DNA of 64,000 nt, taken from NCBI RefSeq assembly GCF_036365525.1, contig NW_027140453.1, positions 1,054,001 through 1,118,000 of the forward strand, in the 5' to 3' direction. Numbering within the stretch: position 1 is the stretch's first letter; each line of letters opens with the position of its first letter. A program made the position numbers and the translations under genes. Below, piece by piece: positions 37,326 through 51,079 of the stretch. The notes under the pieces were generated by a model. It was not told where the DNA came from. It was given only the letters and a program-made list of their open reading frames with translations, and searched no databases. This stretch comes from Heterodontus francisci (Eukaryota).

Positions 37326-40300
37326 GAATGGCCTCCTCCTGTTCCGGTGCAACAGGTTCAAGAGGGGCTAAAGTGCCTCCTCCTGTTCCTGTGTAACAGG
37401 CTCTCGAGGGGCTGAATGTCTTCCTCCTGTTACTGTGTAAAAGATTGGAGAGGGGCTGAGTGTCCTCCTCCTGTTCCAGTGTAACAGACTGGAGAGTGGC
37501 TGAATGTCCGCCTCCTGTTCCTTTGCAACAGACCGGAGAGGGGCTGAATGTCCTAATCCTGTTCCTGTGTAACAGACTGGAGAGGGGCTGACTGTCCTCC
37601 TCCTGTTCCTGTATAACAGGCTCCAGAGGGGCTGAATGTCCACCTCCTGTTCCTGTGTAACAGACTGGAGAGGGGCTGAATGTCCTCCTCCTGTTCCTCT
37701 GTAACAGACTGGAGAGGGGCTGAATGTCCTCCTCCTGTTACTGTGTAACAGACTCTCGAGGGGCTGAATGTCCTCCTCCTGCTCCTGTCCAACAGAGCGG
37801 AGAGGGTTTGAATGTCCTCCTCCTGCTCCTGAGTAACAGACTCGAGTGGGGCTGAATGTCCTCCTCCTGCTCCTGTCTAACAGACTGGAGAGGGGCTGAA
37901 TGTCCTCCTCCCGTTCCTGTATAACAGGCTCCAGAGGGGCTGAATGTCCTCCTCCTGTTCCAGTGTAACAGACTGGAGAGGGGCAGAATGTCTTCCTCCT
38001 CTTCCTGTGTAACAGCCTGGAGAGGGGCTGAAAGTCCTCCTCCTGTTTCTATGTAACAGACTGGAGAGGGGCTGAATGACCTCCTCCTGCTCCTGTCCAA
38101 CAGATGGAGAGGGGCTGAATGTCCTCCTCCTGTTCCTGTATAACAGGCTCCAGAGGGGCTGAATGTCCCCCTCCTGCTCCTGTCTAACAGACTGGAGAGG
38201 GGCTGAATGTCTTCCTCCTGCTCCTGTGTAACAGACTCGAGTGGGGCTGAATGTCCTCCTCCTGCTCCTGTCCAACAGACTGGAGAGGGGCTGAATGTCC
38301 TCCTCCTGCTCCTGTCTAACAGACTGGAGAGGGGCTGAATGTCCTCCTCCTGTTCCTGTGTAACAGACTCGAGAGGGGCTGAATGTCTTCCTCCTCTTCC
38401 TGTGTAACAGACTGGAGAGGGGCTGAATGTCCTCCTCCTGTTCCAGTGTAACAGACTCGAGAGGGGCTGAATGTCTTCCTCCTCTTCCTGTGTAACAGAC
38501 TGGAGAGGGGCTGAATGTCCTCCTCCTGCTCCTGTCTAACAGACTGGAGAGGGGCTGAATGTCCTCCTCCTGTTCCAGTGTAACAGACTCGAGAGGGGCT
38601 GAATGTCCTTCTCCTGTTCCAGTGTAACAGACTCGAGAGGGGCTGAATGTCTTCCTCCTCTTCCTGTGTAACAGACTGGAGAGGGGCTGAATGTCCTCCT
38701 CCTGCTCCTGTCTAACAGACTGGAGAGGGGCTGAATGTCCTCCTCCTGTTCCTGTAGAACAGGCTCCAGAGGGGTTGAATGTCCTCCTCCTGCTCCTGTC
38801 CAACAGACTCGAGAGTGGCTGAATGTCCTCCTCCTGTTCCAGTGTAACAGACTCGAGAGGGGCTGAATGTCTTCCTCCTCTTCCTGTGTAACAGACTGGA
38901 GAGGGGCTGAATGTCCTCCTCCTGTTCCTGTATAACAGGCTCCAGAGGGTCTGAATGTCCTCCTCCTGCTCCTGTCCAACAGACTCGAGATTGGCTGAAT
39001 GTCCTCCTCCTGTTCCAGTGTAACAAACACGAGAGGGGCTGAATGTCTTCCTCCTCTTCCTGTGTAACAGACTGGAGAGGGGCTGAATGTCCTCCTCCTG
39101 TTCCTATGTAACAGACTGGAGAGGGACTGAATGTCCTCCTCCTGTTCCTGTGTAACAGACTAGAGATGGGCTGAATGTCCTCCTCCTGTTCCTGTGTAAC
39201 AGACTGGAGATGGGCTGAATGTCCTCCTCCTGTTCCTGTATAGCAGACAGGAGAGGGGCTGAATGTTAACCTCCTGTTCAAATGTAACAGACTGGAGAGG
39301 GGCTGAATGTCCTCCTCCTGTTCCTGTGTTTCAGACTGGAGAGGGGCTGAATGTCCTCCTCCTGTTCATATGTAACATACTGGAGAGGGGCTGAATGTCC
39401 TCCTCCTGTTCCTGTGTAGCAGACTGGAGAAGGGCTGAATGTCCTACTCCTGCTCCTGTCTAACAGAGCGGTGAGGGTTTGAATGTCCTCCTCCTGCTCC
39501 TGTGTAACAGACTCGAGTGGGGCTGAATGTCCTCCTCCTGCTCCTGTCTAACAGACTGGAGAGGGGCTGAATGTCCTCCTCGTGCTACTGTCTAACAGAC
39601 TGGAGAGGGGCTGAATGTCCTCCTCCTGTTCCTGTATAACAGGCTCCAGAGGGGCTGAATGTCCTCCTCCTGCTCCAGTCTACAGACTGGAGAGTGACTG
39701 AATGTCCTCCTCCTGTTCCAGTGTAACAGACTGGAGAGGGTCTGAATGTCTTCCTCCTCTTCCCGTGTAACAGACTGGAGAGGGGCTGAATGTCCTCCTC
39801 CTGATCCAATGTAACAGACTGGAGAGGAGCTGAATGTCCTCCTCCTGCTCCTGTATAACAGGCTCCAGAGGGTCTGAATGTCCTCCTCCTGCTCCTGTCC
39901 AACAGACTCGAGATTGGCTGAATGTCCTCCTCCTGTTCCAGTGTAACAAACACGAGAGGGGCTGAATGTCTTCCTCCTCTTCCTGTGTAACAGACTGGAG
40001 AGGGGCTGAATGTCCTCCTCCTGTTCCTATGAAACAGACTGGAGATGGGCTGAATGTCCTCCTCCTGTTCCTGTATAGCAGACAGGAGAGGGGCTGAATG
40101 TTAACCTCCTGTTCAAATGTAACAGACTGGAGAGGGGCTGAATGTCCTCCTCCTGTTCCTGTGTTTCAGACTGGAGAGGGGCTGAATGTCCTCCTCCTGT
40201 TCATATGTAACATACTGGAGAGGGGCTGAATGTCCTCCTCCTGTTCCTGTGTAGCAGACTGGAGAAGGGCCGAATGTCCTACTCCTGCTCCTGTCTAACA

Positions 40301-43300
40301 GAGCGGTGAGGGTTTGAATGTCCTCCTCCTGCTCCTGTGTAACAGACTCGAGTGGGGCTGAATGTCCTCCTCCTGCTCCTGTCTAACAGACTGGAGAGGG
40401 GCTGAATGTCCTCCTCGTGCTACTGTCTAACAGACTGGAGAGGGGCTGAATGTCCTCCTCCTGTTCCTGTATAACAGGCTCCAGAGTGGCTGAATGTCCT
40501 CCTCCTGTTCCAGTGTAACAGACTGGAGAGGGTCTGAATGTCTTCCTCCTCTTCCCGTGTAACAGACTGGAGAGGGGCTGAATGTCCTCCTCCTGATCCA
40601 ATGTAACAGACTGGAGAGGGGCTGAATGTCCTCCTCCTGCTCCTGTCCAACAGACTGGAGAGGGGCTGAATGTCCTCCTCCTGTGCCTGTACAACAGGGT
40701 CCAGAGGGGCTGAATGTCCTCCTCCTGCTCCTGTCTAACAGACTCGAGAGTGGCTGAATGTCCTCCTCCTCTTTCTGTGTAACAGACTGGAGAGGGGCTG
40801 AATGTCCTCCTCCTGTTCCTATGTAACAGACTCGAGAGGGGCTGAATGTCCTCCTCCTGCTCCTGTGTAACAGACTCGAGTGGGGCTGAATGTCCTCCTC
40901 CTACTCCTGTCTAACAGACTGGAGAGGGGCTGAATGTCCTCCTCCTGCTCCTGCCTAACAGACTGGAGAGGTGCTGAATGTCCTCTTCCTGTTCCTGTAT
41001 AACAGGCTCCAGAGGGGCTGAATGTCCTCCTCCTGCTCCTGTCTAACAGACTCGAGAGTGGCTGAATGTCCTCCTCCTGTTCCAGTGTAACAGACTCGAG
41101 AGGGGCTGAATGTCTTCCTCCGCTTCCTGTGTAACAGACTGGAGAGGGGCTGAATGTCCTCCTCCTGTTCCTATGTAACAGACTGGAGAGGGGCTGAATG
41201 TCCTCCTCCTGCTCCTGTCTAACAGACTGGAGAGGGGCTGAATGTCCTCCTCCTGTTCCTGTAGAACAGGCTCCAGAGGGGCTGAATGTCCTCCTCCTGC
41301 TCCTGTCCAACAGACTCGAGAGTGGCTGAATGTCCTCCTCCTGTTCCAGTGTAACAGACTCGAGAGGGGCTGAATGTCTTCCTCCTCTTCCTGTGTAACA
41401 GACTGGAGAGGGGCTGAATGTCCTCCTCCTGTTCCTATGTAACAGACTGGAGAGGGGCTGAATGTCCTCCTCCTGCTCCTGTCCAACAGACTCGAGAGGG
41501 GCTGAATGTCCTCCTCCTGTTCCAGTGTAACAGACTCGAGAGGGGCTGAATGTCTTCCTCCTCTTCCTGTGTAACAGACTGGAGAGGGGCTGAATGTCCT
41601 CCTCCTGTTCCTATGTAACAGACTGGAGAGGGGCTGAATGTCCTCCTCCTGTTCCTGTATAACAGGCTCCAGAGGGGCGGAATGTCCTCCTCCTGCTCCT
41701 GTCCAACAGACTCGAGAGTGGCTGAATGTCCTCCTCCTGTTCCAGTGTAACAAACACGAGAGGGGCTGAATGTCTTCCTCCTCTTCCTGTGTAACAGACT
41801 GGAGAGGGGCTGAATGTCCTCCTCCTGTTTTTGTGTAACAGACTGGAGAGGGACTGAATGTCCTCCTCCTGTTCCTGTGTAACAGACTAGAGAGGTGCTG
41901 AATGTCCTCCTCCTGTTCCTGTGTAACAGACTGGAGATGGGCTGAATGTCCTCCTCCTGTTCCCGTGTAGCAGACAGGAGAGGGGCTGAATGTTACCCTC
42001 CTGTTCAAATGTAACAGACTGGAGAGGGGCTGAATGTCCTCCTCCTGTTCCTGTGTTTCAGACTGGAGAGGGGCTGAATGTCCTCCTCCTGTTCATATGT
42101 AACATTCTGGAGAGGGGCTGAATGTCCTCCTCCTGTTCCTGTGTAGCAGACTGGAGACGGGCTGAATGTCCTCCTCCTGTTCCTGTGTTACAGACTGGAG
42201 AGGGGCTGAATGTCCTCCTCCTGTTCCTGTGTAACAGACTGGAGAGGGGCTGAATGTCCTCCTCCTGTTCCTGAGTAACAGACTGGAGAGGGGCTGAATG
42301 TCCTCCTCCTGTTCCTGTGTAACAGACTGGAGAGGGGCTGAATGTCCTCCTCCTGTTCCTGTGTAACAGACTGGAGAGGGGCTGAATCTCCTCCAGCTGT
42401 TCCTGTGAAGCAGACAGAAGAGGGGCTGAATGACCTCCTCCTGTTCCTGTGTAACAGACTAGTGAGGGGCTGAATGTCCTCCTCGTGTTCCTGTGTAACA
42501 GACTGGCGAGGGGCTGAATGTCTTCCTACTGTTCCTGTGTAACAGACTGGAGAGCGGCTGAATGTCCTCCTCCTGTTCCTGTGTAATAGACTGGAGAGGG
42601 GCTGAATGTCCTCCTCCTGTTGCTGTGTAACAGACTGGCGAGGGTCTGAATGCCCTCCTCCTGTTCCTGTGTAACAGACTGGAGAGCAGCTGAATGTCCT
42701 CCTCCTGTTCCTGTGTAGCAGACTGGAGAGGGGCTGAATGTCCTCCTCCTGTTCATATGTAACATACTGGAGAGGGGCTGAATGTCCTCCTCCTGTTCCT
42801 GTGTAGCAGACTGGAGACGGGCTGAATGTCCTCCTCCTGTTCCTGTGTTACAGACTGGAGAGGGGCTGAATGTCCTCCTCCTGTTCCTGTGGAACAGACT
42901 GGAGCGGGGCTGAATGTCCTCCTCCTGTTCCTGAGTAACAGACTGGAGAGGGGCCGAATGTCCTCCTCCTGTTCCTGTGTAACAGACTGGAGAGGGGCTG
43001 AATGTCCTCCTCCTGTTCCTGTGTAACAGACTGGAGAGGGGCTGAATCTCCTCCAACTGTTCCTGTGAAGCAGACAGAAGAGGGGCTGAATGACCTCCTC
43101 CTGTTCCTGTGTAACAGACTAGTGAGGGGCTGAATGTCCTCCTCGTGTTCCTGTGTAACAGACTGGCGAGGGGCTGAATGTCTTCCGACTGTTCCTGTGT
43201 AACAGACTGGAGAGCGGCTGAATGTCCTCCTCCTGTTCCTGTGTAATAGACTGGAGAGGGGCTGAATGTCCTCCTCCTGTTGCTGTGTAACAGACTGGCG

Positions 43301-46300
43301 AGGGTCTGAATGCCCTCCTCCTGTTCCTGTGTAACAGACTGGAGAGCAGCTGAATGTCCTCCTCCTGTTCCTGTGTAGCAGACTGGAGAGGGGCTGAATG
43401 TCCTCCTCCTGTTCCTGTGTAACAGACTGGAGAGGGACTGAATGTCCTCCTCCTGTTCCTTTGTAACAGACTGGAGAGGGGCTGAATCTCCTCCAGCTGT
43501 TCCTGTGAAGCATACAGGAGAGGGGCTGAATGACCTCCTCCTGTTCCTGTGTAACAGACTGGTGAGGGGCTGAATGTCCTCCTCGTGTTGCTGTGTAACA
43601 GACTGGCGAGGGGCTGAATGTCTTCCTCCTGTTCCTGTGTAACAGACTGGAGAGCGGCTGAATGTCCTCCTCCTGTTCCTGTGTAACAGACTGGAGAGGG
43701 GCTGAATGTCCTCCAGCTGTTCCTGTGAAGCAGACAGGAGAGGGTCTGAATGTCCTCCTCCTGTTCCTGTGTAACAGACTGGTGAGGGGCTGAATGTCCT
43801 CCTCGTGTTCCTGTGTAACAGACTGGCGAGGTGCTGAATGTCTTCATCCTGTTCCTGTGTAACAGACTGGAGAGCGGCTGAATGTCCTCCTCCTGTTCCT
43901 GTGTAATAGACTGGAGAGGGGCTGAATGTCCTCCTCCTGTTGCTGTGTAACAGACTGGCGAGGGGCTGAATGTCCTCCTCCTGTTCCTGAGTAACAGACT
44001 GGAGAGGGGCTGAATGTCCTCCTCGTGCTACTGTCTAACAGACTGGAGAGGGGCTGAATGTCCTCCTCCTGTTCCTGTATAACAGGCTCCAGAGGGGCTG
44101 AATGTCCTCCTCCTGCTCCAGTCTACAGACTGGAGAGTGACTGAATGTCCTCCTCCTGTTCCTATGTAACAGACTGGAGAGGGGCTGAATGTCCTCCTCC
44201 TGCTCCTGTCCAACAGACTCGAGAGTGGCTGAATGTCCTCCTCCTGTTCCAGTGTAACAGACTCGAGAGTGGCTGAATGTCTTCCTCCTCTTCCTGTGTA
44301 ACAGACTGGAGAGGGGCTGAATGTCCTCCTCCTGTTCCTATGTAACAGACTGGAGAGGGGCTGAATGTCCTCCTCCTGTTCCTGTATAACAGGCTCCAGA
44401 GGGGCGGAATGTCCTCCTCCTGCTCCTGTCCAACAGACTCGAGAGTGGCTGAATGTCCTCCTCCTGTTCCAGTGTAACAAACACGAGAGGGGCTGAATGT
44501 CTTCCTCCTCTTCCTGTGTAACAGACTGGAGAGGGGCTGAATGTCCTCCTCCTGTTTTTGTGTAACAGACTGGAGAGGGACTGAATGTCCTCCTCCTGTT
44601 CCTGTGTAACAGACTAGAGAGGTGCTGAATGTCCTCCTCCTGTTCCTGTGTAACAGACTGGAGATGGGCTGAATGTCCTCCTCCTGTTCCCGTGTAGCAG
44701 ACAGGAGAGGGGCTGAATGTTACCCTCCTGTTCAAATGTAACAGACTGGAGAGGGGCTGAATGTCCTCCTCCTGTTCCTGTGTTTCAGACTGGAGAGGGG
44801 CTGAATGTCCTCCTCCTGTTCATATGTAACATTCTGGAGAGGGGCTGAATGTCCTCCTCCTGTTCCTGTGTAGCAGACTGGAGACGGGCTGAATGTCCTC
44901 CTCCTGTTCCTGTGTTACAGACTGGAGAGGGGCTGAATGTCCTCCTCCTGTTCCTGTGTAACAGACTGGAGAGGGGCTGAATGTCCTCCTCCTGTTCCTG
45001 AGTAACAGACTGGAGAGGGGCTGAATGTCCTCCTCCTGTTCCTGTGTAACAGACTGGAGAGGGGCTGAATGTCCTCCTCCTGTTCCTGTGTAACAGACTG
45101 GAGAGGGGCTGAATCTCCTCCAGCTGTTCCTGTGAAGCAGACAGAAGAGGGGCTGAATGACCTCCTCCTGTTCCTGTGTAACAGACTAGTGAGGGGCTGA
45201 ATGTCCTCCTCGTGTTCCTGTGTAACAGACTGGCGAGGGGCTGAATGTCTTCCTACTGTTCCTGTGTAACAGACTGGAGAGCGGCTGAATGTCCTCCTCC
45301 TGTTCCTGTGTAATAGACTGGAGAGGGGCTGAATGTCCTCCTCCTGTTGCTGTGTAACAGACTGGCGAGGGTCTGAATGCCCTCCTCCTGTTCCTGTGTA
45401 ACAGACTGGAGAGCAGCTGAATGTCCTCCTCCTGTTCCTGTGTAGCAGACTGGAGAGGGGCTGAATGTCCTCCTCCTGTTCATATGTAACATACTGGAGA
45501 GGGGCTGAATGTCCTCCTCCTGTTCCTGTGTAGCAGACTGGAGACGGGCTGAATGTCCTCCTCCTGTTCCTGTGTTACAGACTGGAGAGGGGCTGAATGT
45601 CCTCCTCCTGTTCCTGTGTAACAGACTGGAGAGGGGCTGAATGTCCTCCTCCTGTTCCTGAGTAACAGACTGGAGAGGGGCCGAATGTCCTCCTCCTGTT
45701 CCTGTGTAACAGACTGGAGAGGGGCTGAATGTCCTCCTCCTGTTCCTGTGTAACAGACTGGAGAGGGGCTGAATCTCCTCCAACTGTTCCTGTGAAGCAG
45801 CCAGAAGAGGGGCTGAATGACCTCCTCCTGTTCCTGTGTAACAGACTAGTGAGGGGCTGAATGTCCTCCTCGTGTTCCTGTGTAACAGACTGGCGAGGGG
45901 CTGAATGTCTTCCGACTGTTCCTGTGTAACAGACTGGAGAGCGGCTGAATGTCCTCCTCCTGTTCCTGTGTAATAGACTGGAGAGGGGCTGAATGTCCTC
46001 CTCCTGTTGCTGTGTAACAGACTGGCGAGGGTCTGAATGCCCTCCTCCTGTTCCTGTGTAACAGACTGGAGAGCAGCTGAATGTCCTCCTCCTGTTCCTG
46101 TGTAGCAGACTGGAGAGGGGCTGAATGTCCTCCTCCTGTTCCTGTGTAACAGACTGGAGAGGGACTGAATGTCCTCCTCCTGTTCCTTTGTAACAGACTG
46201 GAGAGGGGCTGAATCTCCTCCAGCTGTTCCTGTGAAGCATACAGGAGAGGGGCTGAATGACCTCCTCCTGTTCCTGTGTAACAGACTGGTGAGGGGCAGA

Positions 46301-49300
46301 ATGTCCTCCTCGTGTTGCTGTGTAACAGACTGGCGAGGGGCTGAATGTCTTCCTCCTGTTCCTGTGTAACAGACTGGAGAGCGGCTGAATGTCCTCCTCC
46401 TGTTCCTGTGTAACAGACTGGAGAGGGGCTGAATGTCCTCCAGCTGTTCCTGTGAAGCAGACAGGAGAGGGTCTGAATGTCCTCCTCCTGTTCCTGTGTA
46501 ACAGACTGGTGAGGGGCAGAATGTCCTCCTCGTGTTCCTGTGTAACAGACTGGCGAGGTGCTGAATGTCTTCATCCTGTTCCTGTGTAACAGACTGGAGA
46601 GCGGCTGAATGTCCTCCTCCTGTTCCTGTGTAATAGACTGGAGAGGGGCTGAATGTCCTCCTCCTGTTGCTGTGTAACAGACTGGCGAGGGGCTGAATGT
46701 CCTCCTCCTGTTCCTGAGTAACAGACTGGAGAGGGGCTGAATGTCCTCCTCCTGTTCCTGTATAACAGGCTCCAGAGGGGCTGAATGTCCTCCTCCTGCT
46801 CCAGTCTACAGACTGGAGAGTGACTGAATGTCCTCCTCCTGTTCCAGTGTAACAGACTGGAGAGGGTCTGAATGTCTTCCTCCTCTTCCCGTGTAACAGA
46901 CTGGAGAGGGGCTGAATGTCCTCCTCCTGATCCAATGTAACAGACTGGAGAGGGGCTGAATGTCCTCCTCCTGCTCCTGTCCAACAGACTGGAGAGGGGC
47001 TGAATGTCCTCCTCCTGTGCCTGTACAACAGGGTCCAGAGGGGCTGAATGTCCTCCTCCTGCTCCTGTCTAACAGACTCGAGAGTGGCTGAATGTCCTCC
47101 TCCTCTTCCTGTGTAACAGACTGGAGAGGGGCTGAATGTCTTCCTCCTCTTCCCGTGTAACAGACTGGAGAGGGGCTGAATGTCCTCCTCCTGATCCAAT
47201 GTAACAGACTGGAGAGGGGCTGAATGTCCTCCTCCTGCTCCTGTCCAACAGACTGGAGAGGGGCTGAATGTCCTCCTCCTGTGCCTGTACAACAGGGTCC
47301 AGAGGGGCTGAATGTCCTCCTCCTGCTCCTGTCTAACAGACTCGAGAGTGGCTGAATGTCCTCCTCCTCTTCCTGTGTAACAGACTGGAGAGGGGCTGAA
47401 TGTCCTCCTCCTGTTCCTATGTAACAGACTCGAGAGGGGCTGAATGTCCTCCTCCTGCTCCTGTGTAACAGACTCGAGTGGGGCTGAATGTCCTCCTCCT
47501 ACTCCTGTCTAACAGACTGGAGAGGGGCTGAATGTCCTCCTCCTGCTCCTGCCTAACAGACTGGAGAGGTGCTGAATGTCCTCTTCCTGTTCCTGTATAA
47601 CAGGCTCCAGAGGGGCTGAATGTCCTCCTCCTGCTCCTGTCTAACAGACTCGAGAGTGGCTGAATGTCCTCCTCCTGTTCCAGTGTAACAGACTCGAGAG
47701 GGGCTGAATGTCTTCCTCCGCTTCCTGTGTAACAGACTGGAGAGGGGCTGAATGTCCTCCTCCTGTTCCTATGTAACAGACTGGAGAGGGGCTGAATGTC
47801 CTCCTCCTGCTCCTGTCTAACAGACTGGAGAGGGGCTGAATGTCCTCCTCCTGTTCCTGTAGAACAGGCTCCAGAGGGGCTGAATGTCCTCCTCCTGCTC
47901 CTGTCCAACAGACTCGAGAGTGGCTGAATGTCCTCCTCCTGTTCCAGTGTAACAGACTCGAGAGGGGCTGAATGTCTTCCTCCTCTTCCTGTGTAACAGA
48001 CTGGAGAGGGGCTGAATGTCCTCCTCCTGTTCCTATGTAACAGACTGGAGAGGGGCTGAATGTCCTCCTCCTGCTCCTGTCCAACAGACTCGAGAGTGGC
48101 TGAATGTCCTCCTCCTGTTCCAGTGTAACAGACTCGAGAGGGGCTGAATGTCTTCCTCCTCTTCCTGTGTAACAGACTGGAGAGGGGCTGAATGTCCTCC
48201 TCCTGTTCCTATGTAACAGACTGGAGAGGGGCTGAATGTCCTCCTCCTGTTCCTGTATAACAGGCTCCAGAGGGGCGGAATGTCCTCCTCCTGCTCCTGT
48301 CCAACAGACTCGAGAGTGGCTGAATGTCCTCCTCCTGTTCCAGTGTAACAAGCACGAGAGGGGCTGAATGTCTTCCTCCTCTTCCTGTGTAACAGACTGG
48401 AGAGGGGCTGAATGTCCTCCTCCTGTTTTTGTGTAACAGACTGGAGAGGGACTGAATGTCCTCCTCCTGTTCCTGTGTAACAGACTAGAGAGGTGCTGAA
48501 TGTCCTCCTCCTGTTCCTGTGTAACAGACTGGAGATGGGCTGAATGTCCTCCTCCTGTTCCCGTGTAGCAGACAGGAGAGGGGCTGAATGTTACCCTCCT
48601 GTTCAAATGTAACAGACTGGAGAGGGGCTGAATGTCCTCCTCCTGTTCCTGTGTTTCAGACTGGAGAGGGGCTGAATGTCCTCCTCCTGTTCATATGTAA
48701 CATACTGGAGAGGGGCTGAATGTCCTCCTCCTGTTCCTGTGTAGCAGACTGGAGACGGGCTGAATGTCCTCCTCCTGTTCCTGTGTAACAGACTGGAGAG
48801 GGGCTGAATGTCCTCCTCCTGTTCCTGTGTAACAGACTGGAGAGGGGCTGAATCTCCTCCAGCTGTTCCTGTGAAGCAGACAGAAGAGGGGCTGAATGAC
48901 CTCCTCCTGTTCCTGTGTAACAGACTAGTGAGGGGCTGAATGTCCTCCTCGTGTTCCTGTGTAACAGACTGGCGAGGGGCAGAATGTCTTCCTACTGTTC
49001 CTGTGTAACAGACTGGAGAGCGGCTGAATGTCCTCCTCCTGTTCCTGTGTAATAGACTGGAGAGGGGCTGAATGTCCTCCTCCTGTTGCTGTGTAACAGA
49101 CTGGCGAGGGTCTGAATGCCCTCCTCCTGTTCCTGTGTAACAGACTGGAGAGCAGCTGAATGTCCTCCTCCTGTTCCTGTGTAGCAGACTGGAGAGGGGC
49201 TGAATGTCCTCCTCCTGTTCATATGTAACATACTGGAGAGGGGCTGAATGTCCTCCTCCTGTTCCTGTGTAGCAGACTGGAGACGGGCTGAATGTCCTCC

Positions 49301-50885
49301 TCCTGTTCCTGTGTTACAGACTGGAGAGGGGCTGAATGTCCTCCTCCTGTTCCTGTGTAACAGACTAGAGCGGGGCTGAATGTCCTCCTCCTGTTCCTGA
49401 GTAACAGACTGGAGAGGGGCCGAATGTCCTCCTCCTGTTCCTGTGTAACAGACTGGAGAGGGGCTGAATGTCCTCCTCCTGTTCCTGTGTAACAGACTGG
49501 AGAGGGGCTGAATCTCCTCCAACTGTTCCTGTGAAGCAGACAGAAGAGGGGCTGAATGACCTCCTCCTGTTCCTGTGTAACAGACTAGTGAGGGGCTGAA
49601 TGTCCTCCTCGTGTTCCTGTGTAACAGACTGGCGAGGGGCTGAATGTCTTCCGACTGTTCCTGTGTAACAGACTGGAGAGCGGCTGAATGTCCTCCTCCT
49701 GTTCCTGTGTAATAGACTGGAGAGGGGCTGAATGTCCTCCTCCTGTTGCTGTGTAACAGACTGGCGAGTGTCTGAATGCCCTCCTCCTGTTCCTGTGTAA
49801 CAGACTGGAGAGCAGCTGAATGTCCTCCTCCTGTTCCTGTGTAGCAGACTGGAGAGGGGCTGAATGTCCTCCTCCTGTTCCTGTGTAACAGACTGGAGAG
49901 GGACTGAATGTCCTCCTCCTGTTCCTTTGTAACAGACTGGAGAGGGGCTGAATCTCCTCCAGCTGTTCCTGTGAAGCAGACAGGAGAGGGGCTGAATGAC
50001 CTCCTCCTGTTCCTGTGTAACAGACTGGTGAGGGGCTGAATGTCCTCCTCGTGTTGCTGTGTAACAGACTGGCGAGGGGCTGAATGTCTTCCTCCTGTTC
50101 CTGTGTAACAGACTGGAGAGCGGCTGAATGTCCTCCTCCTGTTCCTGTGTAACAGACTGGAGAGGGGCTGAATGTCCTCCAGCTGTTCCTGTGAAGCAGA
50201 CAGGAGAGGGTCTGAATGTCCTCCTCCTGTTCCTGTGTAACAGACTGGTGAGGGGCTGAATGTCCTCCTCGTGTTCCTGTGTAACAGACTGGCGAGGTGC
50301 TGAATGTCTTCATCCTGTTCCTGTGTAACAGACTGGAGAGCGGCTGAATGTCCTCCTCCTGTTCCTGTGTAATAGACTGGAGAGGGGCTGAATGTCCTCC
50401 TCCTGTTGCTGTGTAACAGACTGGCGAGGGGCTGAATGTCCTCCTCCTGTTCCTGAGTAACAGACTGGAGAGGGGCTGAATGTCCTCCTCCTGTTCCTGT
50501 GTAACAGATTGGAGAGGGGCTGAATGTCCTCCAGCTGTTCCTGTGTAACAGGCTGGAGAGGGGCTGAATGTCCTCCTCCTGTTCCTGTGTAGCAGACTGG
50601 AGAGAGGCTGAATGTCCTCCAGCTGTTCCTGTGAAGCAGACAGGAGAGGGGCTGAATGTCCTCCTCCTGTTCCTGTGTAACAGACTGGTGAGGGGCTGAA
50701 TGTCCTCCTCGTGTTCCTGTGTAACAGACTGGCGAGGGGCTGAATGTCTTCCTCCTGTTCCTGTGTAACAGACTGGAGAGGGGTTTGAATTGGCCTTCTC
50801 TTGTTCTTGTGTAACAGACTGGAGAGGGGCTGAATGTTCTCCTCCTGTTCCTGTTTAATAGACTGGAGAGGGGCTGAATGTCCTC
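37326..50885. repeat. 44-bp satellite (gaatgtcctcctcctgttcctgtgtaacagactggagaggggct)n, ~308 monomers with higher-order duplications; preceded by gap 37171-37325
   Basis: Directly visible. Blocks recur at offsets 660, 2727 and 6598 bp, about 15, 62 and 150 monomers. Confidence 0.98.
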
Positions 50886-50999
50886 TAATTGTGCTCCAAA
50901 GGTCTAACTAAATTTCAGCACCTCAGTCTCAACTGCCGTCACCAGGTGAAGACCTCGGGAGCACTTCAAGTGGCGGCGACATGTAAGTTTTGCGTTCCT

Positions 51000-51079
51000 A
51001 TTTTTTGTGTGAGTGTCTATCACTGTGGGAACAGCAGGGACACGGTGATAAAATCCAATGCAACCTCCGTACAAAAACC
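51000..51079 (+). other. TRBD: TRB D segment D1 (coding 51028-51040 GGAACAGCAGGGA) with 5' 12-RSS and 3' 23-RSS
   Basis: ATTTTTTGT-12-CACTGTG | D | CACGGTG-23-ACAAAAACC; open in all three frames. Confidence 0.95.

Noticed and set aside
37368-50313. Long minus-strand ORFs (up to 679 aa) with repeating QEQEEDIQPLSSLL/RRRTFSPSPVC
   Set aside because: They are translations of the 44-bp satellite cycling through three frames, with no splice or promoter context.
37326-50885. Satellite as a CRISPR array or Ig switch region
   Set aside because: No unique spacers, and the context is eukaryotic. The monomer is not rich in AGCT motifs and lies 5' of D rather than 5' of a C exon.
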